A stretch of DNA of 64,000 bases from a virus (IMGVR_UViG_3300008259_004660:32001-96000); one strand, 5' to 3'. Shown: positions 9,730-20,850, numbered from the stretch's first letter. Numbers and translations are program-made. The notes: a model not told the origin generated them from the sequence alone.

Positions 9730-10055
9730 GCGAAGAAAATCTACAAACTGAACAAGTAAGAATAGATCCAAATGAAGAAATCACGGATCAAAAGAAAGTA
9801 ATTTTGCTGAATCAATGGAAAGACAAAGTGCAAAACGAGATTGATGAGTATAATTCTGAAAAAGACAAAGTATATCAGGAATACAAAAAGCAAAAAGAAA
9901 AGTATGACAAGGTACTTGGTGTAAAACTCAAGAAAATGAAAAAAATTGATGGATTGATGAACAATCGAAAAAAGGTATTGGTAGATATTACCAAGGAAAT
10001 AACCAACCTTCAATCAACCATATCTCCAACGCAGAAATCAGATATTATTACATGA
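9726..10055 (+). CDS. Coiled-coil hypothetical protein
   Basis: K/E/Q-rich 109-aa ORF. Confidence 0.6.
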   Translation: MSEENLQTEQVRIDPNEEITDQKKVILLNQWKDKVQNEIDEYNSEKDKVYQEYKKQKEKYDKVLGVKLKKMKKIDGLMNNRKKVLVDITKEITNLQSTISPTQKSDIIT

Positions 10056-10112
10056 TTTGCGCTATCATGTAGGTGATTAAAGCATACTCATGTTTATATT
10101 TATTATATATAC

Positions 10113-11465
10113 ATGAGATTACTGCCATTAACAGGTCAAGTAGAACTGGAAGAATCTAATCCAGAGAAGCTAATTAAAGCTTCAAAAGGTGACTATTTTT
10201 ATAGAAAAGGAAATGATTTGTTTTATGTTGTAGGAAAGGATGGAGAAAGACGAAGAATATATATTCCTAGAAAAAGTTTCGCACTTAAATATAGAAATCA
10301 GCCTTGGTATTTGTCTATTTCGGACCATCTGATAATATTTCAAAATTCATATGAGGTTTGGATAAAAGTTGGAAGTGGATATAATTCTGTTGGATGGCAG
10401 CTTTTGAGTTATAAGTCTTTGGATTCTATTAATCCGGCAACACCTACACCAACACCAACGACTACACCTACACCAACTCCAACGGCTACACCTACACCAA
10501 CTCCAACAGGAGCGCCTACATCAACTCCTACACCAACACCCTCGCCTGCTCCTACAGCAACCCCATCGCCCACACCAGCACCAACGGCTACCCCAACTCC
10601 AGCACCGACAGCAACACCAACACCAACTCCGACTGATACACCAACTCCAGCACCAACTTCAACGCCAACACCAACGCCAACAGCAACACCAACACCTGCG
10701 CCAACAGCAACGGCTACACCAGCACCAACTGCAACACCAACCCCAGCAGCACCGACTGATACGCCAACACCAACACCTGCGGCAACTGCAACACCAACAC
10801 CTGCGCCAACTGCAACGGCTACACCTGCGCCAACAGCAACACCAACACCTGCGCCAACTGCAACGGCTACACCAACGCCTGAACCAACGGATACACCAAC
10901 ACCAACCCCAGAACCTTCTTCAACACCGACACCAACGCCTGAACCAACGGATACGCCAACGCCGACACCAGAGCCAACGGATACGCCAACACCAACGCCT
11001 GAGCCAACGGATACACCAACACCAACGCCTGAACCAACGGATACTCCAACGCCGACACCAGAGCCAACGGATACGCCAACACCAACCCCAGAACCTTCTT
11101 CAACACCGACACCAACGCCTGAACCAACGGATACTCCAACGCCAACACCAGAGCCAACGGATACGCCAACACCAACGCCTGAACCAACGGATACACCAAC
11201 GCCGACCCCTGAACCTACCAACACTCCAACGCCGACACCAGAGCCAACGGATACGCCAACACCAACCCCTGAACCTACCAACACTCCAACGCCGACACCA
11301 GAGCCAACGGATACACCAACGCCGACCCCTGAACCAACCAACACTCCGGTTCCAACAGACACTCCATCACCAACCAATACACCAGAACCAACACCAACGC
11401 CAACGCCTACAATATATGTTGGATTTGCAAGAAGTCCTATTAGTGGCAGCGAACTATTCCCGTAA
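10113..11465 (+). CDS. Pro/Thr-stalk protein 1 (probable virion decoration/fibre)
   Basis: About 105-aa globular N-domain, about 330 aa of PT/PTD/PTE repeats, short C-tail. Confidence 0.8.
   Translation: MRLLPLTGQVELEESNPEKLIKASKGDYFYRKGNDLFYVVGKDGERRRIYIPRKSFALKYRNQPWYLSISDHLIIFQNSYEVWIKVGSGYNSVGWQLLSYKSLDSINPATPTPTPTTTPTPTPTATPTPTPTGAPTSTPTPTPSPAPTATPSPTPAPTATPTPAPTATPTPTPTDTPTPAPTSTPTPTPTATPTPAPTATATPAPTATPTPAAPTDTPTPTPAATATPTPAPTATATPAPTATPTPAPTATATPTPEPTDTPTPTPEPSSTPTPTPEPTDTPTPTPEPTDTPTPTPEPTDTPTPTPEPTDTPTPTPEPTDTPTPTPEPSSTPTPTPEPTDTPTPTPEPTDTPTPTPEPTDTPTPTPEPTNTPTPTPEPTDTPTPTPEPTNTPTPTPEPTDTPTPTPEPTNTPVPTDTPSPTNTPEPTPTPTPTIYVGFARSPISGSELFP
10870..11345 (+). repeat. In-frame 30-bp tandem repeat ([10 protein letters not shown]) with 180-bp higher-order unit
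   Basis: gaaccttcttcaacaccgacaccaacgcctgaacc recurs 180 bp apart (about 10911 and 11091). Confidence 0.85.
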
Positions 11466-11502
11466 AATTAATCACACAGTTTTCAATCAAGTTTGAAATA
11501 AA

Positions 11503-12216
11503 ATGATCAAAATATATTTAACCAGTTCAAATCCAAATGGTGTCGTACAAGGAAACTTGGGTGATACATTTTACAGAGAAGGAAATAATTTTTATTTGCT
11601 CAATGCAGCAAAAGTGTTAAGTTCTTTATCAATTTCTAAAAAAGCATTTGCTTTTCAGTTATTAAGATCTTCAGCAAATCAATACAAAGAGAATGAAATA
11701 GCGTTCAGACAGCCGAGGGAAGTTTGGATTAAGAAAACAAGAACCAGAGACAACAGACAAGGTTGGACATTTGTAAAAAACGCAACTCCGTTGGCGCAAA
11801 TGATGCCAACACCGACACCAACTCCTACTCCAAATCCTACATACACACCTACACCAACTCCAACGGTTGCACCAACAAGCACTCCTACCCCCACACCAAC
11901 TCCAACAAATGCAGTAACAAACACACCAACCCCTACACCAACTCCTACACTTACAGCAACGCCAACAGCAACACCTGCGCCAACGAATACTCCTACACCA
12001 ACAGCAACACCAGCACCAACAGCCACACCAACGGCAACGCCAGTGCCTACAGCTACGCCAACACCAACACCCACATTGGCTCCAACGGCAACACCAACGC
12101 CAACATCTACACCAGCACCAACAGCAACTCCCGCTCCAACAAGCACACCAACTCCAACACCAACTCCGACACCAATACCGCCGGGATCTGGAGTTGTATT
12201 TGTTAGATATATTTAA
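11503..12216 (+). CDS. Pro/Thr-stalk protein 2
   Basis: N-domain paralogous to 10113 (NPNG..G..GDTFYR.GN.FY ... W.K ... GW), PT repeats, tail FVRYI. Confidence 0.8.
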   Translation: MIKIYLTSSNPNGVVQGNLGDTFYREGNNFYLLNAAKVLSSLSISKKAFAFQLLRSSANQYKENEIAFRQPREVWIKKTRTRDNRQGWTFVKNATPLAQMMPTPTPTPTPNPTYTPTPTPTVAPTSTPTPTPTPTNAVTNTPTPTPTPTLTATPTATPAPTNTPTPTATPAPTATPTATPVPTATPTPTPTLAPTATPTPTSTPAPTATPAPTSTPTPTPTPTPIPPGSGVVFVRYI

Positions 12217-12221
12217 AAATT

Positions 12222-14516
12222 ATGAACGCTGAAAACATAGACATTGCAAAAAAAGAAATAGAGCGATTAATAGTTGATAATCCATATGATGCATATGAAA
12301 TTGCAATAGGATGCAAATCTACAGGTGGAACATATACAGAAGAAAAGGTAATACGATTTGGCGTAGAACAAAAACTTCCCTTGGATCAGATACCAACCGA
12401 AAAATTAATTCCAAAAACAATTAGTATAGATGGGGTAGAATATAAAACGGATGTATACGTGGCTCCAACAGAAGTATACACCGCAGCAGCTATAAGAAAA
12501 ATAGACGATGTCGATTCGCAAGATTTAATACGTGTAATGGCAGTATCATATTGCAACCCTATAGGAGACAATAGTGTTCCTCCTGTAGTTTCTACGCCTG
12601 TTAGTTATAACAGAGCAACAACAAGACCATTGAGAGGTGGAGTATCAATGGCAGCGCCGCCGCCGACTGGATATGTTAATGCAGGAACTTTGGGATTGAT
12701 GGTGGTAGATAGCATGGATAGCAAATTGGTTGGACTAACAAATAATCATGTGTGTGGAAATCCCGGCGGATCAATTAACAAATCCAAATTTTTCGCAAAC
12801 GATGAATCATCTGCAAGTTTTGGGTATTACAATACTATAAACATATATCAGCAAAGTTCGTGGGATAGTGGCGTAGTAAACAAAGCATCGGACAATATAG
12901 GATTTGCAAAAAGACAATTTCCATTATCCACCAATTTCATTAATTACATTGATGCGGGAATAGTAAATTTGACTGCGTCTATTGTAGACAGCGGTAGTTG
13001 GAATGCAGTTGGATCAAGTTTTGTATCATCTCCACCTTTTGCAACGACTGCGGAAATAGATTCTATTACATCCAGTAATCTCGTATTCAAATCTGGAAGA
13101 ACAACGGGACCAATAGGACCAGATAATTACAGTGGGTGCGTTATTCAAATTACAAACACATCAACGGCATTATATGTTTCTGGATATACACCAAGCGGTC
13201 CCGCATTGCTTTTCGGAGATTGTTTGAAAATTGAAAGCACGGGTACAGTTGTCGGAATTGGTGGAGATTCTGGATCGGTGGTATATGCGAAAATAGGAGG
13301 AGTTTGGAAGGTAGTGGGATTGTTTTTTGCAGGAAACGGTGATGGTAGTGCGGGATATGCATGTAGAATAGATAGGGTTTCAAATTTATTAAAAATAAAT
13401 GCATATGATGGTGGATCATATTCCGCAGATCCGGGAACAAGAACTTATGTCACCGCAAGTCTTGCAGAGTTTGGAGGAAAAGCCAGCGCATCTTTTAATG
13501 GAGAAATTTATTGGCAGGTTGGAAAATATGAAATTTCCGATGGACCAACCCCGACTCCAACGCCTACACCTACGTTGACGCCTACGCCTACGCCAACATT
13601 AACATCTACGCCGACACCAACCCCAACACCAACCCCAGTTCCAAATACACAAAAAGCAATTTTTGGATATGGTTACAATGGATCTATATATTTGTCTCTT
13701 ACCAATCTTGTAAATAATACTGGCGTAGTTGCGACGGATACGACAGGTGTAGGTACAGCGAGAATGGATCTTGCGGCTGCTGGATATGGAACAGATAAAG
13801 CCATTTTTGGATATGGTACTGGTGGAGGTGGTGTGGTTTCACTTACAAATCTTGTAAGCAATACTGGCGTGGTAGCCACTAACACCACTGGTGTTGGAAC
13901 TGCCAGATCTACTTTGGCAGCGGCAGGTTATGGTGGAGACAAAGCCATTTTTGGATATGGATATACATCAGGTGCAGTCAATGTTTCACTTACAAATCTT
14001 GTAAGTAATACTGGTGTGGTGGCAACAGACACCACTGGTGTTGGAACTGCTAGACACTTTTTGGCAGCATCTGGATATGGCAGTGACAAATCTATATTTG
14101 GATATGGAAATGGTACTGGAGGATACCTTTCTCTTACAAATCTTGTGAGCAACACTGGAGTTGTGTCTGGAGATACATCAGGTGTTGGTACTGGAAGAGA
14201 ATATCTTGCAGCGGCTGGCTATGGTACAGATAAAGCAATCTTTGGCTATGGTACCACAATAAACGCTCTTTCTATGACAAACCTTGTAAGTAATACTGGT
14301 GTGGTGGCAACAGACACCACTGGTGTTGGAACATCAAGACTTGCCCTAGCAGCCGCAGGTTATGGAAATGATAAGGCAATATTTGGCTATGGACGAGACT
14401 TTGGATATTTCTCAACAACAAATCTTGTAAGTAATACTGGAGTTGTTGCGACAGATACAACTGGAGTTGGCACGAGTAGAATGGGACTAGCCGCCGCTGG
14501 ATATTCCTTGTCATGA
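12222..14516 (+). CDS. Trypsin-like (Nal1-like) serine protease + PT linker + six-repeat beta-propeller-like domain
   Basis: Triad TNNHV / IDAG / GDSGS; six 47-49-aa repeats KAIFGYG..SLTNLVSNTGVVATDTTGVGTAR..LAAAGYG. Confidence 0.75.
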   Translation: MNAENIDIAKKEIERLIVDNPYDAYEIAIGCKSTGGTYTEEKVIRFGVEQKLPLDQIPTEKLIPKTISIDGVEYKTDVYVAPTEVYTAAAIRKIDDVDSQDLIRVMAVSYCNPIGDNSVPPVVSTPVSYNRATTRPLRGGVSMAAPPPTGYVNAGTLGLMVVDSMDSKLVGLTNNHVCGNPGGSINKSKFFANDESSASFGYYNTINIYQQSSWDSGVVNKASDNIGFAKRQFPLSTNFINYIDAGIVNLTASIVDSGSWNAVGSSFVSSPPFATTAEIDSITSSNLVFKSGRTTGPIGPDNYSGCVIQITNTSTALYVSGYTPSGPALLFGDCLKIESTGTVVGIGGDSGSVVYAKIGGVWKVVGLFFAGNGDGSAGYACRIDRVSNLLKINAYDGGSYSADPGTRTYVTASLAEFGGKASASFNGEIYWQVGKYEISDGPTPTPTPTPTLTPTPTPTLTSTPTPTPTPTPVPNTQKAIFGYGYNGSIYLSLTNLVNNTGVVATDTTGVGTARMDLAAAGYGTDKAIFGYGTGGGGVVSLTNLVSNTGVVATNTTGVGTARSTLAAAGYGGDKAIFGYGYTSGAVNVSLTNLVSNTGVVATDTTGVGTARHFLAASGYGSDKSIFGYGNGTGGYLSLTNLVSNTGVVSGDTSGVGTGREYLAAAGYGTDKAIFGYGTTINALSMTNLVSNTGVVATDTTGVGTSRLALAAAGYGNDKAIFGYGRDFGYFSTTNLVSNTGVVATDTTGVGTSRMGLAAAGYSLS
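13653..14513 (+). repeat. Six in-frame repeats of about 141-147 bp
   Basis: acaaatcttgtaagtaatactgg and gcaatttttggatatgg variants recur with codon-conserving changes. Confidence 0.85.
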
Positions 14517-14560
14517 TATTCTTGGTAGATTTAAAAAATATTTGATACTTATATACAAAT

Positions 14561-15430
14561 ATGACATACGTGCCACATCAGTTGGAAGAATCTAGTCCAG
14601 AAAACATTGTTTCTGCGCCAATCGGAAGCATGTTTTTAAGAGACAATAATAATTTTTTTCTTCTTAGTAATGGCAAGTTAGAGTCTTTGCAAATTTTAAA
14701 ATCATCATTTGCCATACACTACAGAAACAAAATATGGTTTCATACTTTGAAAGAAGAAACCATAACCTTTAAAAATGAAAAAGAGTTGTGGATAAAGAAA
14801 ACTGGACAAGGAAAAACAGGATGGGAATTTGTAAGCAACAAGAGCATAGAAGCGGAACAATATGAGTCCCCAGTTGCAACAGCAACACCAACACCAACGC
14901 CAGCACCTACATCTACTCCAACGCCAACGCCAACTGATACACCAACACCAACGCCAGCACCTACATCTACGCCAACACCAACGCCAGCGCCAACTGATAC
15001 ACCAACACCAACGCCAGCACCTACATCTACGCCAACACCAACGCCAGCGCCAACGGCAACACCAACGCCGACTCCTACGGCAACTCCTTCTGGCCCAATG
15101 GCGGCTGGATCTGGCAGCATGACATGGGCAGCGGTTGGTAATTGGACAATAAATTATACAAACGGAGTATATTCGTCGGGAACTTGGACATTTGAATTTT
15201 CAAACACAACTTCAAATGTAGGAGGATCATTTGAAACCACGGTGACATACTATTATACTGGTGGTCCTACTACAATAACCGTAGGATTTAATCCTTCATA
15301 CAACACAAATCCTGCATACTTGAATGTAAGCACAGTAACATATCCTGATTTGTACAAGATAGTAATGACTCCAAGACAGTCTCTAATAGACGCGGGCGCA
15401 GCTGGATCGATAACCATAGATATTACATAA
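14561..15430 (+). CDS. Pro/Thr-stalk protein 3 with beta-rich C-terminal domain
   Basis: [18 protein letters not shown]-domain like 10113; 60-bp tandem repeat about 14890-15060. Confidence 0.8.
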   Translation: MTYVPHQLEESSPENIVSAPIGSMFLRDNNNFFLLSNGKLESLQILKSSFAIHYRNKIWFHTLKEETITFKNEKELWIKKTGQGKTGWEFVSNKSIEAEQYESPVATATPTPTPAPTSTPTPTPTDTPTPTPAPTSTPTPTPAPTDTPTPTPAPTSTPTPTPAPTATPTPTPTATPSGPMAAGSGSMTWAAVGNWTINYTNGVYSSGTWTFEFSNTTSNVGGSFETTVTYYYTGGPTTITVGFNPSYNTNPAYLNVSTVTYPDLYKIVMTPRQSLIDAGAAGSITIDIT

Positions 15431-15436
15431 TAATTC

Positions 15437-15697
15437 ATGAAAAAAGATAACGAGTTACATTTGACATGCTCGTGTCATACACACGAACTTCATTTTGAAA
15501 AAGATCACGACATGGATATGTGGTATATTTCATTTTGGCAGCGTGGATACGTTGAACAAACATCGTGGAAATATAGATTAAGATATATTTGGCATATACT
15601 CAAAAACGGTAGACCATATGGTGATGAGGTTGTTCTTGAAAAGAAAGATCTTGAAGAGTTGAAAGATTATATTGACGAACAAGTAAAAAATACTTGA
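15437..15697 (+). CDS. Hypothetical protein
   Basis: 86-aa ORF with CSCHTH motif. Confidence 0.6.
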   Translation: MKKDNELHLTCSCHTHELHFEKDHDMDMWYISFWQRGYVEQTSWKYRLRYIWHILKNGRPYGDEVVLEKKDLEELKDYIDEQVKNT

Positions 15698-15720
15698 CAT
15701 TCTATAAAATGTAACTCAAT

Positions 15721-16572
15721 GTGTGGGCTGTGAATAACGGTCCACACATTTCCATTTTCAGCAAGGCACTGTATAGTAATTGGTGCCATTATCCTACTTA
15801 TAATCTATTATTCGATTGTGGCGAAGGGTGTGCTACTCATATTGGAAATCACCTCGCGGGTATTGACAGCATTTTTCTCACACATGATCATGGTGATCAT
15901 ACCCTCGGTATTCCAAGTGTAGTTGGATGTCGTAATGCTGGCAGAGGAATGAGTCGCAATAAAGACACAATGGAAAATAACAAACCGTTGTATGTATATT
16001 ATCCCGATGACAATTTCTTGATGAATGATCTTATCAAGTTTGTGCAATCTCGCACAGATGGATGGCTTCGTTATGACATGAAGTTTATTCCTATCTCTGC
16101 TGGTTTTGAAAAACAACTTGGTAAGAATGTATTTCTGCGTGCTTTCAATATGCAGCATCAAAAGAACAAAAGCACTCTGGGTTATGTTATTTACGAAAAT
16201 CGCACAAGACTCAAGAAAGAATATCAAGGGAAAGATATTCCAACTCTGATCAAGCATGGTGTTGACGGTAAAACTCTCAATGAGAATTATCGTGCCAACT
16301 TGTTCGCATATTGCTTGGATGCATATGCTATTCCAGATTATAATCAACTCATTGAGTGCAAAGATGTTATAATGGACTGCACATTTATCAACGCCGATGA
16401 TCGTGATGATCCTACGCACTTTACACTTGACGAAGCATATAAATTTTGTCAGTGTATCGGAATCAAAAACATAATTGCCGCACATCTGTCTGGTCGCTAC
16501 AATTATAATGAAGTATCCAAAGATTATCCCAGTATTAAATTCATCAATCCATATAAAGTAAACGAATTATGA
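15721..16572 (+). CDS. Metallo-beta-lactamase-fold nuclease, RNase Z-like
   Basis: LLFDCGEG, THDHGDH, MQHQ..STLGY, MDCTF, HFT, AAHLSGRY. Confidence 0.8.
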   Translation: MWAVNNGPHISIFSKALYSNWCHYPTYNLLFDCGEGCATHIGNHLAGIDSIFLTHDHGDHTLGIPSVVGCRNAGRGMSRNKDTMENNKPLYVYYPDDNFLMNDLIKFVQSRTDGWLRYDMKFIPISAGFEKQLGKNVFLRAFNMQHQKNKSTLGYVIYENRTRLKKEYQGKDIPTLIKHGVDGKTLNENYRANLFAYCLDAYAIPDYNQLIECKDVIMDCTFINADDRDDPTHFTLDEAYKFCQCIGIKNIIAAHLSGRYNYNEVSKDYPSIKFINPYKVNEL

Positions 16573-17438
16573 GTATCGAACATTCCATCAGGTCAGTAAA
16601 AATGCCAGATGAGCCACATCTACTCCGCAAAAAGTGGTGGGAGTTCTGTTGGTGGTGTGAAGAAAACAATCCATTCACTAAGTTTATATATGTAAATAGT
16701 GCCGAGGAATATATGAATATGCCTCGCAAAGATCGTACATATCTTTATTTTTGGTACAATCACGCCATTATCAATGGCGGAAAGCGAATACTTGGTAGCA
16801 AAGCTGACCGAGACGCTATTGATACATTTCTAAAGTATAAGTTTCCTATTCAATATTGGATTCGCGAGAACGGTTTCAAATTGAAAGTCAAATCATCTTT
16901 GATGTGGGACAAGGTACGTTGCGCAATCAACCCTCGCCAAAAATGGTTGATTAAACAGATTCCAAACGAATGGAACGATAAAGTTACACTTATCAAAGAT
17001 ATTAACTTTGCCATGATTGTTCATTTCATTGAAGGCGAGAAGTGTTTTGAAAATACTGATTATGAAGGCAGCAGTGAAGGTCATGCCAAGTTTGCCAAGG
17101 AACTTATAGAGTGCTATAACTACATAAAGAATGAAAGACCAAACTTGGACAACGCGATGATTGCGGCTGGAGGTAATGATAATACGAAACAGTGGAAAGC
17201 ACACTCTCTTGAGGAGTTTGTAGAAATTTTTGCTCAAAATGGAATTAGAGCGGTCCATATGCCAGAAAAACATATGGACGCGATTGAGATCATTTGGAAG
17301 GATCCAAGAAACAACAATATCCCACTTACCCCGCCAAATCAGCCATATAGTCCACCGAAAAAAAAGCAACTATTATGTGACTCAATGGACAAAGGTGAAA
17401 GTGATTGTGAGTTTGATGGTGATGATGTGGGTAGATAA
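16569..17438 (+). CDS. Hypothetical protein
   Basis: 289-aa ORF, ATGA overlap. Confidence 0.65.
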   Translation: MSIEHSIRSVKMPDEPHLLRKKWWEFCWWCEENNPFTKFIYVNSAEEYMNMPRKDRTYLYFWYNHAIINGGKRILGSKADRDAIDTFLKYKFPIQYWIRENGFKLKVKSSLMWDKVRCAINPRQKWLIKQIPNEWNDKVTLIKDINFAMIVHFIEGEKCFENTDYEGSSEGHAKFAKELIECYNYIKNERPNLDNAMIAAGGNDNTKQWKAHSLEEFVEIFAQNGIRAVHMPEKHMDAIEIIWKDPRNNNIPLTPPNQPYSPPKKKQLLCDSMDKGESDCEFDGDDVGR

Positions 17439-17813
17439 ATGAAACATATCATCCACATGGATGAAATTCATGTTAGCAGCTATGCTAACTTGGTTTTGCT
17501 CAATAAAACTTATGCTTCTATGGAGAGCAAGAGATGGAATAGAGCAAGGCGATTATTTTTGAGTGAACAAAGGAAAAAAGGTTCACTCAAGTGCTTTTAT
17601 TGCAAAAAAGATAATTTGAAATTAAGATCATTGGCAAGGAAAGACCAAGCCACCGTAGATCACTATGTACCTAAATCTGGTGGGGGAGATAAATTTAGCT
17701 CATCTAATTTTGTTGTATGTTGTCATAGTTGCAATCAAAGAAAAGGAAACATGACGCCGTATGAATTTTTGAACAGTTCTTACATTAAAAAGAAGACATT
17801 TGAAAAAATTTAG
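17439..17813 (+). CDS. HNH endonuclease
   Basis: CFYC ... TVDHYVPKSGGG ... NFVVCCHSCNQRKG. Confidence 0.85.
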   Translation: MKHIIHMDEIHVSSYANLVLLNKTYASMESKRWNRARRLFLSEQRKKGSLKCFYCKKDNLKLRSLARKDQATVDHYVPKSGGGDKFSSSNFVVCCHSCNQRKGNMTPYEFLNSSYIKKKTFEKI

Positions 17814-17825
17814 GTACCCCCACCT

Positions 17826-18698
17826 ATGAAAACTCTCGTGTTCTCAGACATACACCACAAGCATAAGACTGTCCAGAAAATAATTAATTCTGTAAAACAT
17901 GACAATGTGATATTGTTGGGTGACTACTTTGACGCATTTCATGATAGAGTAGAAGAGGCGATTGAAACTGCCGCATGGCTCAAGGAACATGTGCTACATA
18001 ATCCAAATATCGTAGCATTGATTGGAAATCACGATGCATCGTATATTTGGAAAGACAATCATTATCTACGTTGCAGTGGATATAGTGATGAAAAAAGTTC
18101 CGCTATCAACAATATACTGAATGACAGTGACATTTTAAAATTTAAGCCATACCATATTGAACACGGTTATGTGTTTAGTCACGCCGGATTATCAAATGCA
18201 TGGTGGAAAGTTTTTTCCGAGAAAAGCACACAAAATGAAAATGAAAACAAACTACAGTATTTTGATCGCGTAATGAAATATTACATCGACGTAGATATTG
18301 AAAAAGCCAAAAACAACAATGACGCACCACTATTTAATGCAGGATGGGATCGCGGCGGCATACAAAAAGATGGTGGAATTAATTGGGTAGATTGGGAAAA
18401 TTTTGCACCTATTAAGGGAGTAAATCAAATACTTGGTCATACCACTCATTTGTGTCCACAGATATGTATCCAGAAAGTTGGAGGCGGATTACAGAAAAAA
18501 GATATATCTGAATATTACATTACTGAATTGGATAAAAATGAAACTTATTTAAGTCTAAGTTATGGATTGGATACTTGTTTAAGACACTATGCTTTGATCG
18601 AGGACGGCGATATCAATATATTTCATATTGACACAAATACAAATCTCAAGGATGTAAGAAAAATATATTTACCAGACAATCCTATGAGTGGATTGTAA
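17826..18698 (+). CDS. Calcineurin-like metallophosphoesterase
   Basis: SDIHH, LGDYFD, IGNHD, FSHAG, ILGHT. Confidence 0.85.
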   Translation: MKTLVFSDIHHKHKTVQKIINSVKHDNVILLGDYFDAFHDRVEEAIETAAWLKEHVLHNPNIVALIGNHDASYIWKDNHYLRCSGYSDEKSSAINNILNDSDILKFKPYHIEHGYVFSHAGLSNAWWKVFSEKSTQNENENKLQYFDRVMKYYIDVDIEKAKNNNDAPLFNAGWDRGGIQKDGGINWVDWENFAPIKGVNQILGHTTHLCPQICIQKVGGGLQKKDISEYYITELDKNETYLSLSYGLDTCLRHYALIEDGDINIFHIDTNTNLKDVRKIYLPDNPMSGL

Positions 18699-18702
18699 TT
18701 TT

Positions 18703-19338
18703 TTATTTTGAGCAATCGCTCAACTCTTTCAAACAAAGATCTATCACATTTTCAATTCCTGTAGGGAATCCTACTCCGTGTTTTTCATCGTCGTCAAGGT
18801 ATACAACGCAGTGTTTTTCATTTTCCATCCAAACCGCATATTTGTCGTGCCAAAGGTTCAAGTGAAGTTCCAGTTGATTTAACTGATCTGCCACACCTTC
18901 ACCAAATTTATCACGAATACATTTTACACTGTTGATTTTGAATTCTTTGTCCTCTTTCAACCACTTCAACATTTCCGTGTTAACAATTTTCATTGAGTTC
19001 ATTGTTGTACCACGAATGACAGAATGCATATCTCTCTCATGTTCATCCATCAATTCATAATGATCGCAAATAAATGATTGAAAACTTATTGATGTTGGTA
19101 AACTCATTTTGAGCCTTTCACTCATTGTTGAAACCAGTCTGCGAAGAAGTTTATTTTGCATTACAAATAAATTACCACTTTCAACGAGCAATCCTTTCAA
19201 CGTCTCCAATTTCTTTATACGATCCTTTTGAACTTGTCGCTTAGATTGAAAATAATCCCATCCATACTTGGCAAAAAAGCCAAAAATAGATGCTAAACCC
19301 GTACCAATCATTTCACTTATCCAAGATGCCATTGCCAT
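18703..19338 (-). CDS. Hypothetical protein with N-terminal TM helix
   Basis: 211-aa minus-strand ORF filling a gap with no plus-strand ORF. Confidence 0.65.
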   Translation of the reverse strand: MAMASWISEMIGTGLASIFGFFAKYGWDYFQSKRQVQKDRIKKLETLKGLLVESGNLFVMQNKLLRRLVSTMSERLKMSLPTSISFQSFICDHYELMDEHERDMHSVIRGTTMNSMKIVNTEMLKWLKEDKEFKINSVKCIRDKFGEGVADQLNQLELHLNLWHDKYAVWMENEKHCVVYLDDDEKHGVGFPTGIENVIDLCLKELSDCSK

Positions 19339-19406
19339 ATAGTATAAGTATCAAATATATGAGTGAAAAATCTTGACTTACACATAAAACGCGGCAAAAT
19401 TTAACT

Positions 19407-19817
19407 ATGAAAATGAAATCTAGATACAAAATCATTCCTCTTGAAAAGAAGAGTATTATCCAAATTACTACATACAAAACTGGGGACTCTACTCACATGA
19501 GTGAAGGAGATAAAATTGCAACCCGAGAGGATACATATCGTTGGGGATATGCTGTGGTAGAAGCAAATAAGAAAGATTTGCCCAAAGATGGTGAGATCAT
19601 TGTGTCCGACTATGAGTTGATTGAAAATGATTATCAAGATGGTGTCGCGGTATTTTGGGATTGTTCTGATAATGTAACTGAAGAAGAACTGGAAGTCATC
19701 GAAAACGCATATAATGAAGATGGTGATGATGGCTTGACCAAACTTGGTTGGCATTATTTTGACAGTGAAGATAAAATTCTTGGTCCATTTAAGATAGAAA
19801 AACAAAAACAAAAATAA
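19407..19817 (+). CDS. Hypothetical protein
   Basis: TTGACT promoter at 19373; 136 aa. Confidence 0.7.
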   Translation: MKMKSRYKIIPLEKKSIIQITTYKTGDSTHMSEGDKIATREDTYRWGYAVVEANKKDLPKDGEIIVSDYELIENDYQDGVAVFWDCSDNVTEEELEVIENAYNEDGDDGLTKLGWHYFDSEDKILGPFKIEKQKQK

Positions 19818-19818
19818 T

Positions 19819-20214
19819 ATGAAAATACGAGTAATGTATGGTGAGTCATTCGTCACAATTTGTGGATATGAAGATTATATCGTAGATCTGGACAAGTTTC
19901 CAGAACTACAAGGCAAGAGCGAGGAAGAAATCACTGAATGGTTGTATAAGAATAGCGATAATCTTTATATCAATGATTCTTATGAAGATCCAAATCCTCG
20001 CGAAGAGATGGGTGGTGCATATGAAATTGTTCCCGAAGGAGAAGGCGAATATACTTTGGCTGATACTGTTGGAAACAATGGTGTCACTTGGGACAAGATC
20101 AAAAATGAAGAGCATTATTTCGTTTATGTAGGCGAAGAAGAGGAAGAAGCAGAGGAAACAGAAAGCGAAGAAGAAAATGGTGAAGAAGAGGGCGAGGAAA
20201 AAGAAAGTTCTTGA
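19819..20214 (+). CDS. Acidic hypothetical protein
   Basis: Poly-Glu tail; stop lies in next -35 box. Confidence 0.7.
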   Translation: MKIRVMYGESFVTICGYEDYIVDLDKFPELQGKSEEEITEWLYKNSDNLYINDSYEDPNPREEMGGAYEIVPEGEGEYTLADTVGNNGVTWDKIKNEEHYFVYVGEEEEEAEETESEEENGEEEGEEKESS

Positions 20215-20247
20215 TTTTCTATAAACTTTGCTTAAAGTGTCTTCATT

Positions 20248-20457
20248 ATGGATGAAGTCACATATTACAACCTACACGCAAGTGCTGTTGGTGCTGGACA
20301 CGAAGCCAACAGAAACGCAAAAAAGTATGCTGAAGATTTGATGATCATTCATCTGCATCTTGAGCACAAGATGGGAGTGCGTGAACTTGCCAAGCGATTC
20401 AATCGCAAGATGGTCGAAATCAAGAATGTTATTCACCCAAGTGAAATCAACGCTTGA
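20248..20457 (+). CDS. Hypothetical protein (possible HTH)
   Basis: Own promoter; MGVRELAKRFNR. Confidence 0.6.
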   Translation: MDEVTYYNLHASAVGAGHEANRNAKKYAEDLMIIHLHLEHKMGVRELAKRFNRKMVEIKNVIHPSEINA

Positions 20458-20492
20458 CTTTTTATAATCCATCACTACTCTAAAGATCTATT

Positions 20493-20819
20493 ATGAAAGA
20501 TCCACTTCGTTACTTCATTGATGAAGGCTTTGGCTGCGTTTTCGCCTACCGTGTTGGTGAAAATGATTATGCTGGAGAAATCATCTTCAACAAACTCAAC
20601 ACCGATTTTGCTCCGTCGTACTTGAACTATGATGGCAAAAAAATTGTTTATTTTGGCTGTAAGAATCGTGATAAGAAGTATGTTGTTGATCGTGAATTCT
20701 TTGAGAAGTATGCGGTAATTTTTGATAACAGAGATGATGCCGTTGATGCTGTGATGAAATATGCCGCTGAATGCGATGAAATTGCCAAGTTTGTTGCTGA
20801 ATCCACGCATCTTGCTTGA
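20493..20819 (+). CDS. Hypothetical protein
   Basis: Own promoter at 20454. Confidence 0.65.
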   Translation: MKDPLRYFIDEGFGCVFAYRVGENDYAGEIIFNKLNTDFAPSYLNYDGKKIVYFGCKNRDKKYVVDREFFEKYAVIFDNRDDAVDAVMKYAAECDEIAKFVAESTHLA

Positions 20820-20850
20820 CTTTCTATAAAGTATCTATACTCTATACCGT

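Noticed and set aside
13653-14513. Regularly spaced repeats as a CRISPR array or DGR template/variable repeat
   Set aside because: Repeats are about 144-bp in-frame protein repeats with synonymous variation; no unique-spacer pattern, no cas gene and no reverse transcriptase in the window.
10409-15120. Long minus-strand GV-repeat ORFs (10409-11377, 11679-12146, 14740-15120; also 61523-61897) and Q/H-rich alternative frames
   Set aside because: Shadow frames of the PT repeats; the + frames have globular domains, starts and operon context.
17439-17813. HNH as part of a self-splicing intron
   Set aside because: Free-standing between abutting intact ORFs with no room for intron structure.
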